64,000 nucleotides of DNA from the NCBI GenBank assembly GCA_035316025.1, contig DATFXL010000102.1, positions 1,195-65,194 on the forward strand, in the 5' to 3' direction. Under the pieces are notes generated by a model that saw only the letters and a list, made by a program, of their open reading frames with translations, had not been told where the DNA came from and searched no databases. How positions within the stretch are numbered: the first letter of the stretch is position 1; each line of letters opens with the position of its first letter. Both the position numbers and the translations under genes were made by a program. This DNA is from Acidimicrobiia bacterium (GTDB taxonomy: Bacteria > Actinomycetota > Acidimicrobiia > IMCC26256 > JACDBD01). This document shows, piece after piece, positions 26,086 through 35,214 of this stretch.

Positions 26086-27606
26086 ATGGCGCGTCCCTTC
26101 TATGTGACGACACCTATCTATTACCCAAATGACGTCCCTCACATCGGTCACGCCTACACCACCGTGAACGGCGACGTGCTCACCCGATGGCGGAGACTCT
26201 GGGGCGACGACGTCGTCTATCTGACGGGCGTCGACGAGCACGGCCTCAACATCGTCCGCGCCGCCGAAGCGCAGGGCCTACCGGCGCAGGAGTTCGTCGA
26301 CCAGACCAGCCCGACCTTCCGGGAGGCGTGGAAGCTCCTCGACATCGCGAACGACGACTTCATCCGCACCACTGAGCCCCGCCACTACAAGGCGGTGCAG
26401 GAGTTCATGCAGGCCGTCTACGACAACGGCGCCATCGAGCTCGGCCGGTACGAAGGCCTCTACTGCTACCGGTGCGAGCTGTACTACACCGAGGACGAGC
26501 TGGTGGCCGGGAAGTGCCCGATCCACGGGATCCCGGTCGAGCGGGTCAGCGAGGAGAACTACTTCTTCAAGCTCTCCGAGTTCGAGGACCGCCTGCTCGC
26601 CCACTACGCCGAGCATCCCGACGCCGTGCAGCCCGAGACCCGCCTCAACGAGGTGCTGGGCCTGATCCGGCAAGGGCTGCGCGACTTCTCGATGAGCCGG
26701 ACCTCCATCTCGTGGGGCATCCCGCTGCCGTGGGACCCCAAGCACGTGGCGTACGTATGGTTCGACGCGTTGTTCAACTACTGCACCGCGGTGGGGTACG
26801 GCGAGGACCGACAACGCTTCGACCACTACTGGCCGGCCGACTACCACCTGATCGGCAAGGACATCCTGCGCCAACACGCCGTCTACTGGCCGGCGATGCT
26901 CATGGCCGCCGGTGAAGCCCCGCCCAAGTGCGTGTTCGCCCACGGCTGGCTGCTGGTGGGCGGCGAGAAGATGAGCAAGAGCAGGCTCAACCAGATCGCG
27001 CCCGCCGACCTCGTCGCGGAGTTCGGCGTCGACGGCTTCCGGTACCACTTCGTCGTCGACCAGAAGTTCGGACCCGATGGTGACTTCAGCTACGAAGGCA
27101 TGCTTGCCCGCTACAACAGCGATCTCGCCAACAACTTCGGCAACCTCGCCAACCGCGTGCTCAACATGGCGGTCAACTACGTAGGCGGCGTAGTTCCCGA
27201 CGCGCGGGCGGATGGTCCTCTGGTCGACGCGGCCGCGGCCGCGTTCGAGCGCCTCGAGTCGAGCATGAGCAAGCTCGACTTCTCGTGGGGGTTCGGCGGC
27301 GTGTGGGAGCTGATCCGGGCAGCGAACGCGTACATCGAGGAGCGACAGCCGTGGGCGCTCAACAAGGCGGGTGACGCCACCGCCGCGGCGGAAGTGCTCG
27401 GTGACTGCCTCGAGTCGCTGCGCATCGTGGCGCTGCTGTCGTCGCCGGTGATCCCGAACGCGGCGGCCGAGCTGTGGCGCCGGCTGGGCATGCCGGGCCG
27501 ACCCGAGGGCGCGCGCCTCCCCGACGCCGCCACGTGGGGCGGCCTGCCCGCCGGTGCGCGGCTGGAGAAGGGGGCACCGCTCTTCCCCCGGCTCGAACCC
27601 GCGTGA
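26086..27606 (+). CDS. metG: Methionine--tRNA ligase
   Basis: PNDVPHIGHAYT (HIGH) and KMSKS motifs. 506 aa. Confidence 0.97.
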   Translation: MARPFYVTTPIYYPNDVPHIGHAYTTVNGDVLTRWRRLWGDDVVYLTGVDEHGLNIVRAAEAQGLPAQEFVDQTSPTFREAWKLLDIANDDFIRTTEPRHYKAVQEFMQAVYDNGAIELGRYEGLYCYRCELYYTEDELVAGKCPIHGIPVERVSEENYFFKLSEFEDRLLAHYAEHPDAVQPETRLNEVLGLIRQGLRDFSMSRTSISWGIPLPWDPKHVAYVWFDALFNYCTAVGYGEDRQRFDHYWPADYHLIGKDILRQHAVYWPAMLMAAGEAPPKCVFAHGWLLVGGEKMSKSRLNQIAPADLVAEFGVDGFRYHFVVDQKFGPDGDFSYEGMLARYNSDLANNFGNLANRVLNMAVNYVGGVVPDARADGPLVDAAAAAFERLESSMSKLDFSWGFGGVWELIRAANAYIEERQPWALNKAGDATAAAEVLGDCLESLRIVALLSSPVIPNAAAELWRRLGMPGRPEGARLPDAATWGGLPAGARLEKGAPLFPRLEPA

Positions 27607-27636
27607 TGCGTGGACAGAGCCCCCTGAGCGAACGTC

Positions 27637-28398
27637 ATGCACCCATCATGGATTGACTCGCACTGCCATCTGCAGTCCCTGAGTGATCCCGAGGGCGGGA
27701 TCGAGCGGGCGCGTGACGCGGGCGTGAGCGCGATGGTGTGCGTGGGCACCGACCTCGAGACGTCACGTCAGACGGTCGAGCTCGCGGCGGGTCATCGCGA
27801 CGTCGACGCCACGGTCGGCCTCCACCCCCACGACGCGGCGAAGCTGCCGGCCGAATGGGACGCGCTGGAAGAGCTCGCGGGAGCGCCCGGCATCGTGGGG
27901 ATCGGCGAGACCGGCTTCGACTTCCACTACATGCACAGCCCGGCGGACGCGCAGGAGGCGGCCTTCCGGGCCCAGATCGGCCTCGCGAAGCAGCTCGACC
28001 GGGCTCTCGTCGTCCACTCCCGCGATGCGTGGGACGACACGTTCGGCGTCCTGGCTGACGAGGGCGCGCCGGCGTGCACGGTGATGCATTGCTTCACCGG
28101 CGGTCCCGGCGAGGCGCGCCGGGCGCTCGACCTCGGCGCGTTCCTGTCGTACAGCGGCATCGTGACGTTCGCCGGCGCCGACGACGTGCGCGCCGCCGCC
28201 GCCGTGACGCCGCTCGACCGGCTCCTCGTCGAGACCGACGCGCCGTATCTCGCGCCAGTGCCCCGCCGGGGTCGCGTGAACGAGCCCGCATATGTCGGCT
28301 TGGTCGGCGCGGCCTTGGCCGCGGCCACCGGTCGGGCGGAGGCCGAGATCGCCGAATGCACCGCCGCGAACGCGAGCGCGGTATTCCGCAGTCGGTGA
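27637..28398 (+). CDS. tatD: TatD family hydrolase
   Basis: IDSHCHL...GETGFDFHY...VVHSRDA...ETDAPYL. Confidence 0.9.
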   Translation: MHPSWIDSHCHLQSLSDPEGGIERARDAGVSAMVCVGTDLETSRQTVELAAGHRDVDATVGLHPHDAAKLPAEWDALEELAGAPGIVGIGETGFDFHYMHSPADAQEAAFRAQIGLAKQLDRALVVHSRDAWDDTFGVLADEGAPACTVMHCFTGGPGEARRALDLGAFLSYSGIVTFAGADDVRAAAAVTPLDRLLVETDAPYLAPVPRRGRVNEPAYVGLVGAALAAATGRAEAEIAECTAANASAVFRSR

Positions 28399-28429
28399 GG
28401 CACTCTTCACTCGGTTGACCGGCGAGACG

Positions 28430-28550
28430 GAGCCTCGCTAGGTTGCCGCGCACGTTCCCGGCGCCCTGATCCTGACCGAGGCGCGGAATCATGCACGCTC
28501 GGACCTCCGGGAGGCGGACCCGATTCCCGAGCACCTAGCCGGCATAGACC
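28430..28550 (+). promoter_or_regulatory. Possible structured leader (ydaO/c-di-AMP-riboswitch-like); unverified
   Basis: GCUAGG (28437..28442) can pair with CCUAGC (28534..28539). GGCGCGGAAUC and GGCGGACCCGAUUCC..AGCACCUAGCC loosely resemble conserved ydaO blocks. It lies upstream of an rpfB-like gene. Confidence 0.25.
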
Positions 28551-28598
28551 CGCCGTCGCCCGAACGACGGCGCAAAATCGTCTACAAGTCGCGCGCAC

Positions 28599-29705
28599 GT
28601 GACGCGCACTCCGACGCGCGGACGTGGGTTCCCTTCCCGAACGTCGACTCGTTCCAGACGCTCGAGGATCTTCTCGACGACGACGAACACGTTTCCGTCC
28701 GGACACACGCGAACGATTGCTGACTCGCCGGTTACCGTCGCCAACGCCCCGAAGCCAGAACCCGCGCCGGCACAGGAGCACCCACCGGCGATTTCCAAAC
28801 CGCACCGGACGCCACCACGCACCCGGCGGGTGCGTCGACAGCAGCGACGCCGGCGCCAGCAGCGCAGAGTCGCCTTCGTTGCGCTCGTGTTGCTCACAGC
28901 GGCCGCCGCTACGCTCGAACTCCCGCAGCTCCAACGCCGCTCGCCGCAGCTGACGATCCGCGTAGAGGGTAAGGAGCGGGTCAGCGTTCGGACCAACGCT
29001 ACGAACGTTGCCGGCGCGCTACGAGCCCGCCACGTCAAGGTCGACGCCGGCGACCGTGTCCGGCCGCGTCCGACCGCCCGGGTGTCCGATGGCATGACCG
29101 TCGATGTGTTCCGATCCTTCCCGGTCACCGTCGACTTGGACGGGGTAGTCACTCCCGTGAAGACGACGTGGGCGAGGCCGGCCCGGGTGCTCGAGCAACT
29201 CCGGCTCGATCCCGACAACGTGTCGATCGTCGCCGCGCCCCCGCGCCTCACCCAGGGCTCATCGCTGGCGATCCGTACCCTGCGGCGGGTTACGGTCTCC
29301 GTCGACGGCACCCGGCATGCGGAGACCACTCCGGCCCGAAACGTCGGAGAGCTCCTCGAACAGAGGCGTGTCGCACTGGGTCCAGAGGACGACCTGTCGC
29401 CATCGGCGGACACCGGGCTCACCAACGGCATGACCGTCACCGTGTCCCGCGTCGTCAAAGACACCGAAACGAACGACGAGCCCCTGCCGCCGCCCACGGT
29501 GAAGCAGGACGATCCCGCCATGGCCGTGGGTCGACAAGGTGTGGTGCAAGGCGGCGTTCCCGGGGTCCAACTGCTCGTCTACGAGATCACCAAACGGGAC
29601 GGCCGCGAGGTCGAGCGCACGCCGATCTCGAGCGAGACCGTCGAGCCGCCGACGCCGACGATCATCGCCATCGGGAGCGCGCCGGCGAACTCGTCCGCCG
29701 GCTAG
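28599..29705 (+). CDS. RpfB-like protein: TM anchor, three DUF348 repeats and a G5 domain, no transglycosylase domain
   Basis: Syntenic with rpfB (tatD upstream, rsmA downstream). Repeated ...V.VDG....V.T.A.TV...L pattern. G5-like region VSRVVKDTETNDEPLPPPTVKQDDPAMAVGRQGVVQGGVPGVQLLVYEITKRDGREV. Start (GTG 28599) is uncertain. Confidence 0.7.
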   Translation: MTRTPTRGRGFPSRTSTRSRRSRIFSTTTNTFPSGHTRTIADSPVTVANAPKPEPAPAQEHPPAISKPHRTPPRTRRVRRQQRRRRQQRRVAFVALVLLTAAAATLELPQLQRRSPQLTIRVEGKERVSVRTNATNVAGALRARHVKVDAGDRVRPRPTARVSDGMTVDVFRSFPVTVDLDGVVTPVKTTWARPARVLEQLRLDPDNVSIVAAPPRLTQGSSLAIRTLRRVTVSVDGTRHAETTPARNVGELLEQRRVALGPEDDLSPSADTGLTNGMTVTVSRVVKDTETNDEPLPPPTVKQDDPAMAVGRQGVVQGGVPGVQLLVYEITKRDGREVERTPISSETVEPPTPTIIAIGSAPANSSAG

Positions 29706-29768
29706 GCGTATCGCCCAGCGATCGCGGAGCCATCCGTTTTCGGAGGCTCGGTTGTAGCGTCGCTCGCG

Positions 29769-30602
29769 ATGGCGCTCTTGACGCCGGGCGACATACGGGC
29801 GCTGCTGGCGGAGCACGGGCTTCGAACGTCACGTCGCTTCGGGCAACACTTCCTCGCCGACCCGAACACCGCCCGCCGCATCGTGCGCCTCGCCGGGGTG
29901 GAGGCCGGCGACCGCGTCCTCGAGATCGGGCCCGGACTCGGGTCGCTCACCCTCGCGTTGCGCGAGCGGGGATGCGACGTGCTCGCGCTCGAGGTCGACC
30001 GCAAGCTGGCGAATGTCCTGGAGGAGGTCGTGGCCGGCGATGACGGCGTCCGCGTCGTCACCGGCGACGCGCTCGCCGTCGACCTCGATGCACTCCTCGG
30101 CTCCAGACCGTGGCGCTGCGTGTCGAACCTGCCGTACAACGTCGCAACGCCGGTCGTCATCCGGTTGCTCGAGCAGGCACCGTCGGTGAGCGCCGCGCTC
30201 GTCATGGTGCAGCGGGAGGCTGCGGACCGCCTCGTGGCCGGCCCGGGATCCGCCGCCTACGGTGCGGTGTCCGTGCGCGTCGCGTACTACGCCGACGCAA
30301 CGATCGTCGGCATGGTCCCGCGCTCGGTCTTCGTTCCCGTCCCGAAGGTCGATTCCGCTCTCGTCGAACTCGTCCGGCGCGACGCGCCACCGGTCGACGT
30401 CCCCTCTCGCGAGCGGCTCTTCGCCCTCGTCCGAGCCGGGTTTGCACATCGTCGCAAGATGCTTCGACGCACGCTGCGTCCAGTGCTCGGCGAGCGCGCT
30501 GTCCACGTCCTTACGAATGCGGGCGTCGACCCGGCCGCCCGCGCCGAGTCGCTCGGGATCGTCGACTGGGCCGCGTTGGCGAACGCCGAGACGACGCCGT
30601 GA
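29769..30602 (+). CDS. rsmA: 16S rRNA (adenine1518/1519-N6)-dimethyltransferase
   Basis: FGQHFLADPN...VLEIGPGLGSLT...SNLPYNVATP. Confidence 0.95.
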   Translation: MALLTPGDIRALLAEHGLRTSRRFGQHFLADPNTARRIVRLAGVEAGDRVLEIGPGLGSLTLALRERGCDVLALEVDRKLANVLEEVVAGDDGVRVVTGDALAVDLDALLGSRPWRCVSNLPYNVATPVVIRLLEQAPSVSAALVMVQREAADRLVAGPGSAAYGAVSVRVAYYADATIVGMVPRSVFVPVPKVDSALVELVRRDAPPVDVPSRERLFALVRAGFAHRRKMLRRTLRPVLGERAVHVLTNAGVDPAARAESLGIVDWAALANAETTP

Positions 30603-31498
30603 GCACCGCGCACGTCGAACGGGTCCGCGCCACCGCGTTCGCGAAGCTCACTTTGTCGCTGCGCGTGCTCGGACCGCCCCGCGCCGACGGCTTTCACGAC
30701 GTCGAGGCGCTCACTGTTCCGATCGGGCAGCCCCACGACGCGCTCGAGGCCGTCGCAGCGCCGGACCAGCCGGGAATCACGCTCGACGTGGTCGCGGGCG
30801 ACGACGGCGTGCCCACCGGCCGCGAGAACCTGGCCGTGCGGGCGGCGGAGAGCCTGCTCGCCCGTTCCCGGCGAGGCGGGCGCGGCGTGCAGCTCGCGCT
30901 GCGGAAGCGCATCCCGTCCGCGCGCGGGCTCGGCGGCGGATCGGCCGACGCCGCCGCCTCCCTGCTCGCGGTGCACCAGCTCCTCGAGGCGAAGGTCCCC
31001 GACGCGGAGCTCTTCGCGCTCGCGGCCGACCTCGGCTCCGACGTGCCGTTCTTCCTCGCCGGCGGGGCGGCATGGATGCGTGGCCGGGGCGACGTGCTCG
31101 AGCGCGTCGCGCTGCGGCCGGGTCTCCCGATGCTCGTCGTGATGCCGCCGTTCCCCCTCGCGACGGTCGACGTCTACCGCGCGTGGGACGACCTCGCCGG
31201 ACCGCGCTCGCCCCGGTCGGTGCCCTCGCCCGAGCCAATCGCCGGGCTCGTCCCCGAGCTGGTCAACGACCTCGAGCCCGCCGCCGAGCAGGTCGACCCG
31301 CGACTGCGTCCGCTTCGCGAGCGCATCGAGGACGCGGCCGGCCGTGGCGCGCTGATGGCGGGGAGCGGACCGACCTATGTGGTGCTCGCCGACCGCCCCG
31401 TCGGCCTGCCCGAGCGGGCCGAGGAGCTGTCGGGCGCCGTCGGCGTGCCGGTCCTGGCGGCGGCGACCGTCTCGAAGGCGGTACGGCTCGAGGTGTGA
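30599..31498 (+). CDS. ispE: 4-(cytidine 5'-diphospho)-2-C-methyl-D-erythritol kinase
   Basis: GTG 30599 overlaps the rsmA stop (GTGA). KLTLSLRV...RKRIPSARGLGGGSADAAA (GHMP motif). Confidence 0.9.
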   Translation: MSTAHVERVRATAFAKLTLSLRVLGPPRADGFHDVEALTVPIGQPHDALEAVAAPDQPGITLDVVAGDDGVPTGRENLAVRAAESLLARSRRGGRGVQLALRKRIPSARGLGGGSADAAASLLAVHQLLEAKVPDAELFALAADLGSDVPFFLAGGAAWMRGRGDVLERVALRPGLPMLVVMPPFPLATVDVYRAWDDLAGPRSPRSVPSPEPIAGLVPELVNDLEPAAEQVDPRLRPLRERIEDAAGRGALMAGSGPTYVVLADRPVGLPERAEELSGAVGVPVLAAATVSKAVRLEV

Positions 31499-31565
31499 CG
31501 GCGGCCCGACGCGCTTCGGCCGCCCAAAGGGGCGGCCGAACCCGAGACGACCGGGATCGCGCGCG

Positions 31566-31667
31566 CTAGCGACCCTGCTGTCGGCGCTGCCAGCGCGTCT
31601 TCTTCAGCAGCTTCTTGTGCTTCTTCTTCCGCATGCGCTTGCGGCGCTTCTTGATCAGCGATCCCAT
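31566..31667 (-). CDS. 30S ribosomal protein bS22 (33 aa)
   Basis: MGSLIKKRRKRMRKKKHKKLLKKTRWQRRQQGR. Near-identical in pattern to mycobacterial bS22 (MGSVIKKRRKRM.KKKHRKLL..TR.QRR). Not in the ORF track (too short). Confidence 0.85.
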   Translation of the reverse strand: MGSLIKKRRKRMRKKKHKKLLKKTRWQRRQQGR

Positions 31668-31759
31668 GACGGCGTGTGACGCTATCGGCGCCGTTCACGA
31701 GCTGTCACATTGTGTGGCTCACGACCGCGCACCCGCGGCGGTATGGTCAGGATGGTCGA

Positions 31760-31830
31760 TCGGGGGTGGTGTAACGGCAGCACGGGGTCCTTTGGAGTCC
31801 CAGGTCGAGGTTCGATGCCTCGCCCCCGAG
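31760..31830 (+). tRNA. tRNA-Gln (anticodon UUG)
   Basis: Manual cloverleaf: acceptor TCGGGGG/CCCCCGA (U1:A72, G73 as in bacterial tRNA-Gln), D arm GTGT-AACGGCA-GCAC, anticodon arm GGGTC-CTTTGGA-GTCCC (one U:U), variable AGGT, T arm CGAGG-TTCGATG-CCTCG. CCA is not encoded. Confidence 0.85.
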
Positions 31831-31883
31831 CCCGAGGGGCCTCAGCTGCACGCCGCTCCACGAGCCCGGCAGGAGGTGAGCGC

Positions 31884-33302
31884 ATGACCCAGTACCGGCC
31901 ACTGTCGGCAGTCGTCCTGGCCGCGGGCGAGGGCACGCGCATGCGCTCCGAGACGCCGAAGGTCCTGCATCCGCTGTGCGGGCGACCGATGCTTCTGCAC
32001 GTCATCGACGCCCTCGTCGCGCTCCCGCTCGAGCGCATCGTGGTCGTCGTCGGTCACGGCGCGGAGCGGGTGACGAAGACGCTGCAGGAACAGGCGGCGA
32101 CCGAGCTGCCGGTCGAGTTCGTCGAACAGCACGTTCAACGGGGCACGGGCGATGCCGCCAGCGTCGCGCTCACTTCGGGCGTCTGGGATCTCGACGCCGA
32201 GGACGACCTTCTCGTCGTCCCCGGTGACGCGCCGTTGCTGCGCGCCGAGACGCTGGCCGCGCTCGCCCGGGCGCACCGGGAAGCCGACGCCGCCGCCACC
32301 GTCCTCACTGCGATCCTCCACCCGCCGACGGGCTACGGCCGCGTCGTGCGCGACGAGAACGGCGCCGTCGACCACATCGTCGAGCACGCCGATGGCACGC
32401 CCGAGGAGCTCGCCATCGACGAGATCAACACGTCGATCTACTGCTTCCGGCGGGGCTTGCTCGCCCCGGCGCTGCGCCGCCTGAGCCCCGAGAACGCGCA
32501 GGGCGAGTACTACCTGACCGACGCGGTCAGTGTGCTGAAGGAGACCGGACATGCGGTGATCGGCGTCGTCGCCGACGATCCGGACGAGACCGCCGGCGTC
32601 AACGATCGCGAGCAGCTCGCCGCCGTCGAAGCGGCGCTGCGTCGTCGTATCAACCAGCGATGGATGCGCGACGGCGTCTCGATGACGGATCCCGAGCGCA
32701 CGTACGTCGACGCCACCGTCGAGCTCGAGCCCGACGTCCAGCTGCTCCCCGGCACGATGCTCGCCGGGCGGACGGTCGTCGGCGCCCGGTCGGTCATCGG
32801 TCCCGACGCGCAGCTGACGGACACGATCGTCGGCGAGGGTGCGATGGTGCGCCAGACGGTCGCCGACGAGTCCGAGATCGGCGACGACGCCACCGTGGGG
32901 CCGTACGTTCGCCTCCGGCCCGGCGCCCGCCTCGCTCCCCGCGCCCACGTCGGCACGTTCGTCGAGATCAAGAACTCGGAGATCGGTGAGGGGGCGAAGG
33001 TTCCACACCTCGCGTACATCGGCGACGCTGAGATCGGCGACGGCGCCAACATCGGCGCGGGGACGATCACCGCCAACTACGACGGGCGGGAGAAGCACCG
33101 GACCAAGGTCGGGAAGAACGCTCGGATCTCGTCCAACACCGTCCTCGTCGCGCCGGTCGAGATCGGCGACGAGGCGTACACGGGCGCCGGTGCCGTGGTC
33201 ACCCGGGACGTTCCCCCGCGTGCGATGGCGAAGGGCGTCCCGGCTCAAATCACCGAAGGCTGGCTCGACGAGCGCGATGCTGAGCGGGACGAGCGGCGGT
33301 AA
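31884..33302 (+). CDS. glmU: Bifunctional UDP-N-acetylglucosamine diphosphorylase/glucosamine-1-phosphate N-acetyltransferase
   Basis: ATG 31884 preceded by AGGAGGTG. AVVLAAGEGTRMRS, plus C-terminal hexapeptide repeats. Confidence 0.95.
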   Translation: MTQYRPLSAVVLAAGEGTRMRSETPKVLHPLCGRPMLLHVIDALVALPLERIVVVVGHGAERVTKTLQEQAATELPVEFVEQHVQRGTGDAASVALTSGVWDLDAEDDLLVVPGDAPLLRAETLAALARAHREADAAATVLTAILHPPTGYGRVVRDENGAVDHIVEHADGTPEELAIDEINTSIYCFRRGLLAPALRRLSPENAQGEYYLTDAVSVLKETGHAVIGVVADDPDETAGVNDREQLAAVEAALRRRINQRWMRDGVSMTDPERTYVDATVELEPDVQLLPGTMLAGRTVVGARSVIGPDAQLTDTIVGEGAMVRQTVADESEIGDDATVGPYVRLRPGARLAPRAHVGTFVEIKNSEIGEGAKVPHLAYIGDAEIGDGANIGAGTITANYDGREKHRTKVGKNARISSNTVLVAPVEIGDEAYTGAGAVVTRDVPPRAMAKGVPAQITEGWLDERDAERDERR

Positions 33303-33319
33303 CGGGGGAGGCGGCGGCG

Positions 33320-34306
33320 ATGGAGGTGGTGACCAAGAAGAAGCTGATGCTCTTCGCCGGCCGGGGCAACGAACAGCTGAGCAAGGAGATCGCCGAGCAC
33401 CTCAAGGTCCCCCTGGGCGAGGTCATCCTGTCGACCTTCGCCAACGGCGAGATCTACTGCCGGTACGGCGAGAGCATCCGCGGCGCCGACGTCTTCATCC
33501 TCCAGGCGCACTGCGACCCGATCAACGACCGGATCTGGGAGCAGCTGCTGATGATCGACGCCGCCAAGCGGGCGTCGGCGAAGCGCATCACCGCCGTCTG
33601 CCCCTTCTACGGCTATGCCCGTCAGGACCGAAAGGCCGAGGGGCGCGAGCCGATCAGCGCCCGGATGCTCGCCGACTGCATCACCGTGGCCGGCGCCGAC
33701 CGGGTCGTCACGGTCGACCTGCACACGGGGCAGGCGCAGGGCTTCTTCGACATGCCGGTCGACCATCTCACCGGTGTCCCGATCCTGGCGAACTATCTTG
33801 CCGACAAGGTCTCGGGCGAGGTCACGGTCGTGTCTCCCGACGCCGGCGGCGGCAAGCTGACCCGCCGGTTCGCCAACTATCTGGGCGAGCACGACGACAT
33901 CGACGCCGACCTCGCCTTCATCGACAAGCGCCGGCCCAAAGGCACGCACAATGTCGCCGAGGCGACGGAGGTCGTCGGCGTCGTCGAGGGTCGCACGTGC
34001 ATCCTCATCGACGACATGATCGACACCGCCGGCACCGTGTGCAGTGCCGCCCGGCTACTGACCGAGCGCGGCGCGAGCGCCGTGTACGTACTCGCCACGC
34101 ACGGCATCCTGTCGGGGCCCGCGGTCGAGCGCTTGCGCGACGCGCCGATCCGCGAGGTCGTGCTGACCAATAGTCTGCCGATCCCGGGCGAGAAGCAGTT
34201 CGAGAGCCTCACCGTGCTGTCGATCGCTCCGATCGTCGCCCACGCGCTCGACGCCGTCTTCGAGGACACGTCTGTCAGCGAGATCTTCCGCGGCGACAAC
34301 GTCTGA
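33320..34306 (+). CDS. prs: Ribose-phosphate diphosphokinase
   Basis: LMLFAGRGN..L...IA..L...LG......F.NGE and DLHTGQAQGFF, DDMIDTAGT motifs. Confidence 0.95.
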   Translation: MEVVTKKKLMLFAGRGNEQLSKEIAEHLKVPLGEVILSTFANGEIYCRYGESIRGADVFILQAHCDPINDRIWEQLLMIDAAKRASAKRITAVCPFYGYARQDRKAEGREPISARMLADCITVAGADRVVTVDLHTGQAQGFFDMPVDHLTGVPILANYLADKVSGEVTVVSPDAGGGKLTRRFANYLGEHDDIDADLAFIDKRRPKGTHNVAEATEVVGVVEGRTCILIDDMIDTAGTVCSAARLLTERGASAVYVLATHGILSGPAVERLRDAPIREVVLTNSLPIPGEKQFESLTVLSIAPIVAHALDAVFEDTSVSEIFRGDNV

Positions 34307-34327
34307 CACGAGGTATAACTGCCGGCC

Positions 34328-35200
34328 GTGACCCGCGTCGGCTCGATCGAGTCTCTCTGGCGGTACCCCGCCAAGTCGATGATGGGCGACCGCTTCTCCA
34401 CGGTCGCGATCGACGAGGGCGGCGTCATCGGCGACCGCGCCTGGGCGGTCCGGGACGAGGTGCGAGGCGCGATCCGCGGCGCGAAGAAGATCGGCGGCCT
34501 GATGCGGCTGCACGCGCGCTACGTGCGAGAGCCAGAGCCCGGCAGTGCGCCGCCGCCGATCGAGATGACGGCACCCGACGGGCAGCGCGTCCGCTCCGAC
34601 GACGACGATGTGCACGATCGACTCACCGAGTTGCTGGGTCATCAGGTGACGCTGTGGCCGCTGCGACCCAAGGAGGATCTCGACCACTATCGGCGTGGCG
34701 CGCCGGATACCGATGACGTCGGCGCGGAGATGCGCTCCATGTTCGGCCGTGAACCCGACGAGCCGCTCCCGACGTTCGAAGGGATCCCACTCGACGTGCT
34801 CGTCGAGTACGAGTCCCCGCCGGGGACGTATTTCGACGCCTTCCCGATCCACATCGTGACGGACCGGTCGTTGGCGACCCTCGCCCGGCTCTCTCCCGGC
34901 TCCGACTTCGACGTGCGGCGGTTCCGCCCGAACGTCGTGGTCGCCGCCGACGAGGGCATCGAGGGCGACTTCCCCGAACGAGCGTGGCTCGGGCGGACGC
35001 TCGAGATCGGCGGCGCCGAGCTCGAGGTGACAGCATCGTGCCCGCGGTGCGTCATGGTGACCCGCGACCTCGCCGACCTTCCCGAGGACCGCCACGTCCT
35101 GCGCACGATCGTCCGCCACGCCGACCAGAACATCGGCGTGTACGCCAACGTGGTTCGCCCGGGCAGACTGCACGCCGGAGCTTCGGTCACCCTCTGCTGA
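34328..35200 (+). CDS. MOSC domain-containing protein
   Basis: LWRYPAKSMMGD (MOSC_N) and C-terminal ...CPRCVMVT.... Confidence 0.8.
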   Translation: MTRVGSIESLWRYPAKSMMGDRFSTVAIDEGGVIGDRAWAVRDEVRGAIRGAKKIGGLMRLHARYVREPEPGSAPPPIEMTAPDGQRVRSDDDDVHDRLTELLGHQVTLWPLRPKEDLDHYRRGAPDTDDVGAEMRSMFGREPDEPLPTFEGIPLDVLVEYESPPGTYFDAFPIHIVTDRSLATLARLSPGSDFDVRRFRPNVVVAADEGIEGDFPERAWLGRTLEIGGAELEVTASCPRCVMVTRDLADLPEDRHVLRTIVRHADQNIGVYANVVRPGRLHAGASVTLC

Positions 35201-35214
35201 CGGAAGGAGCCACC

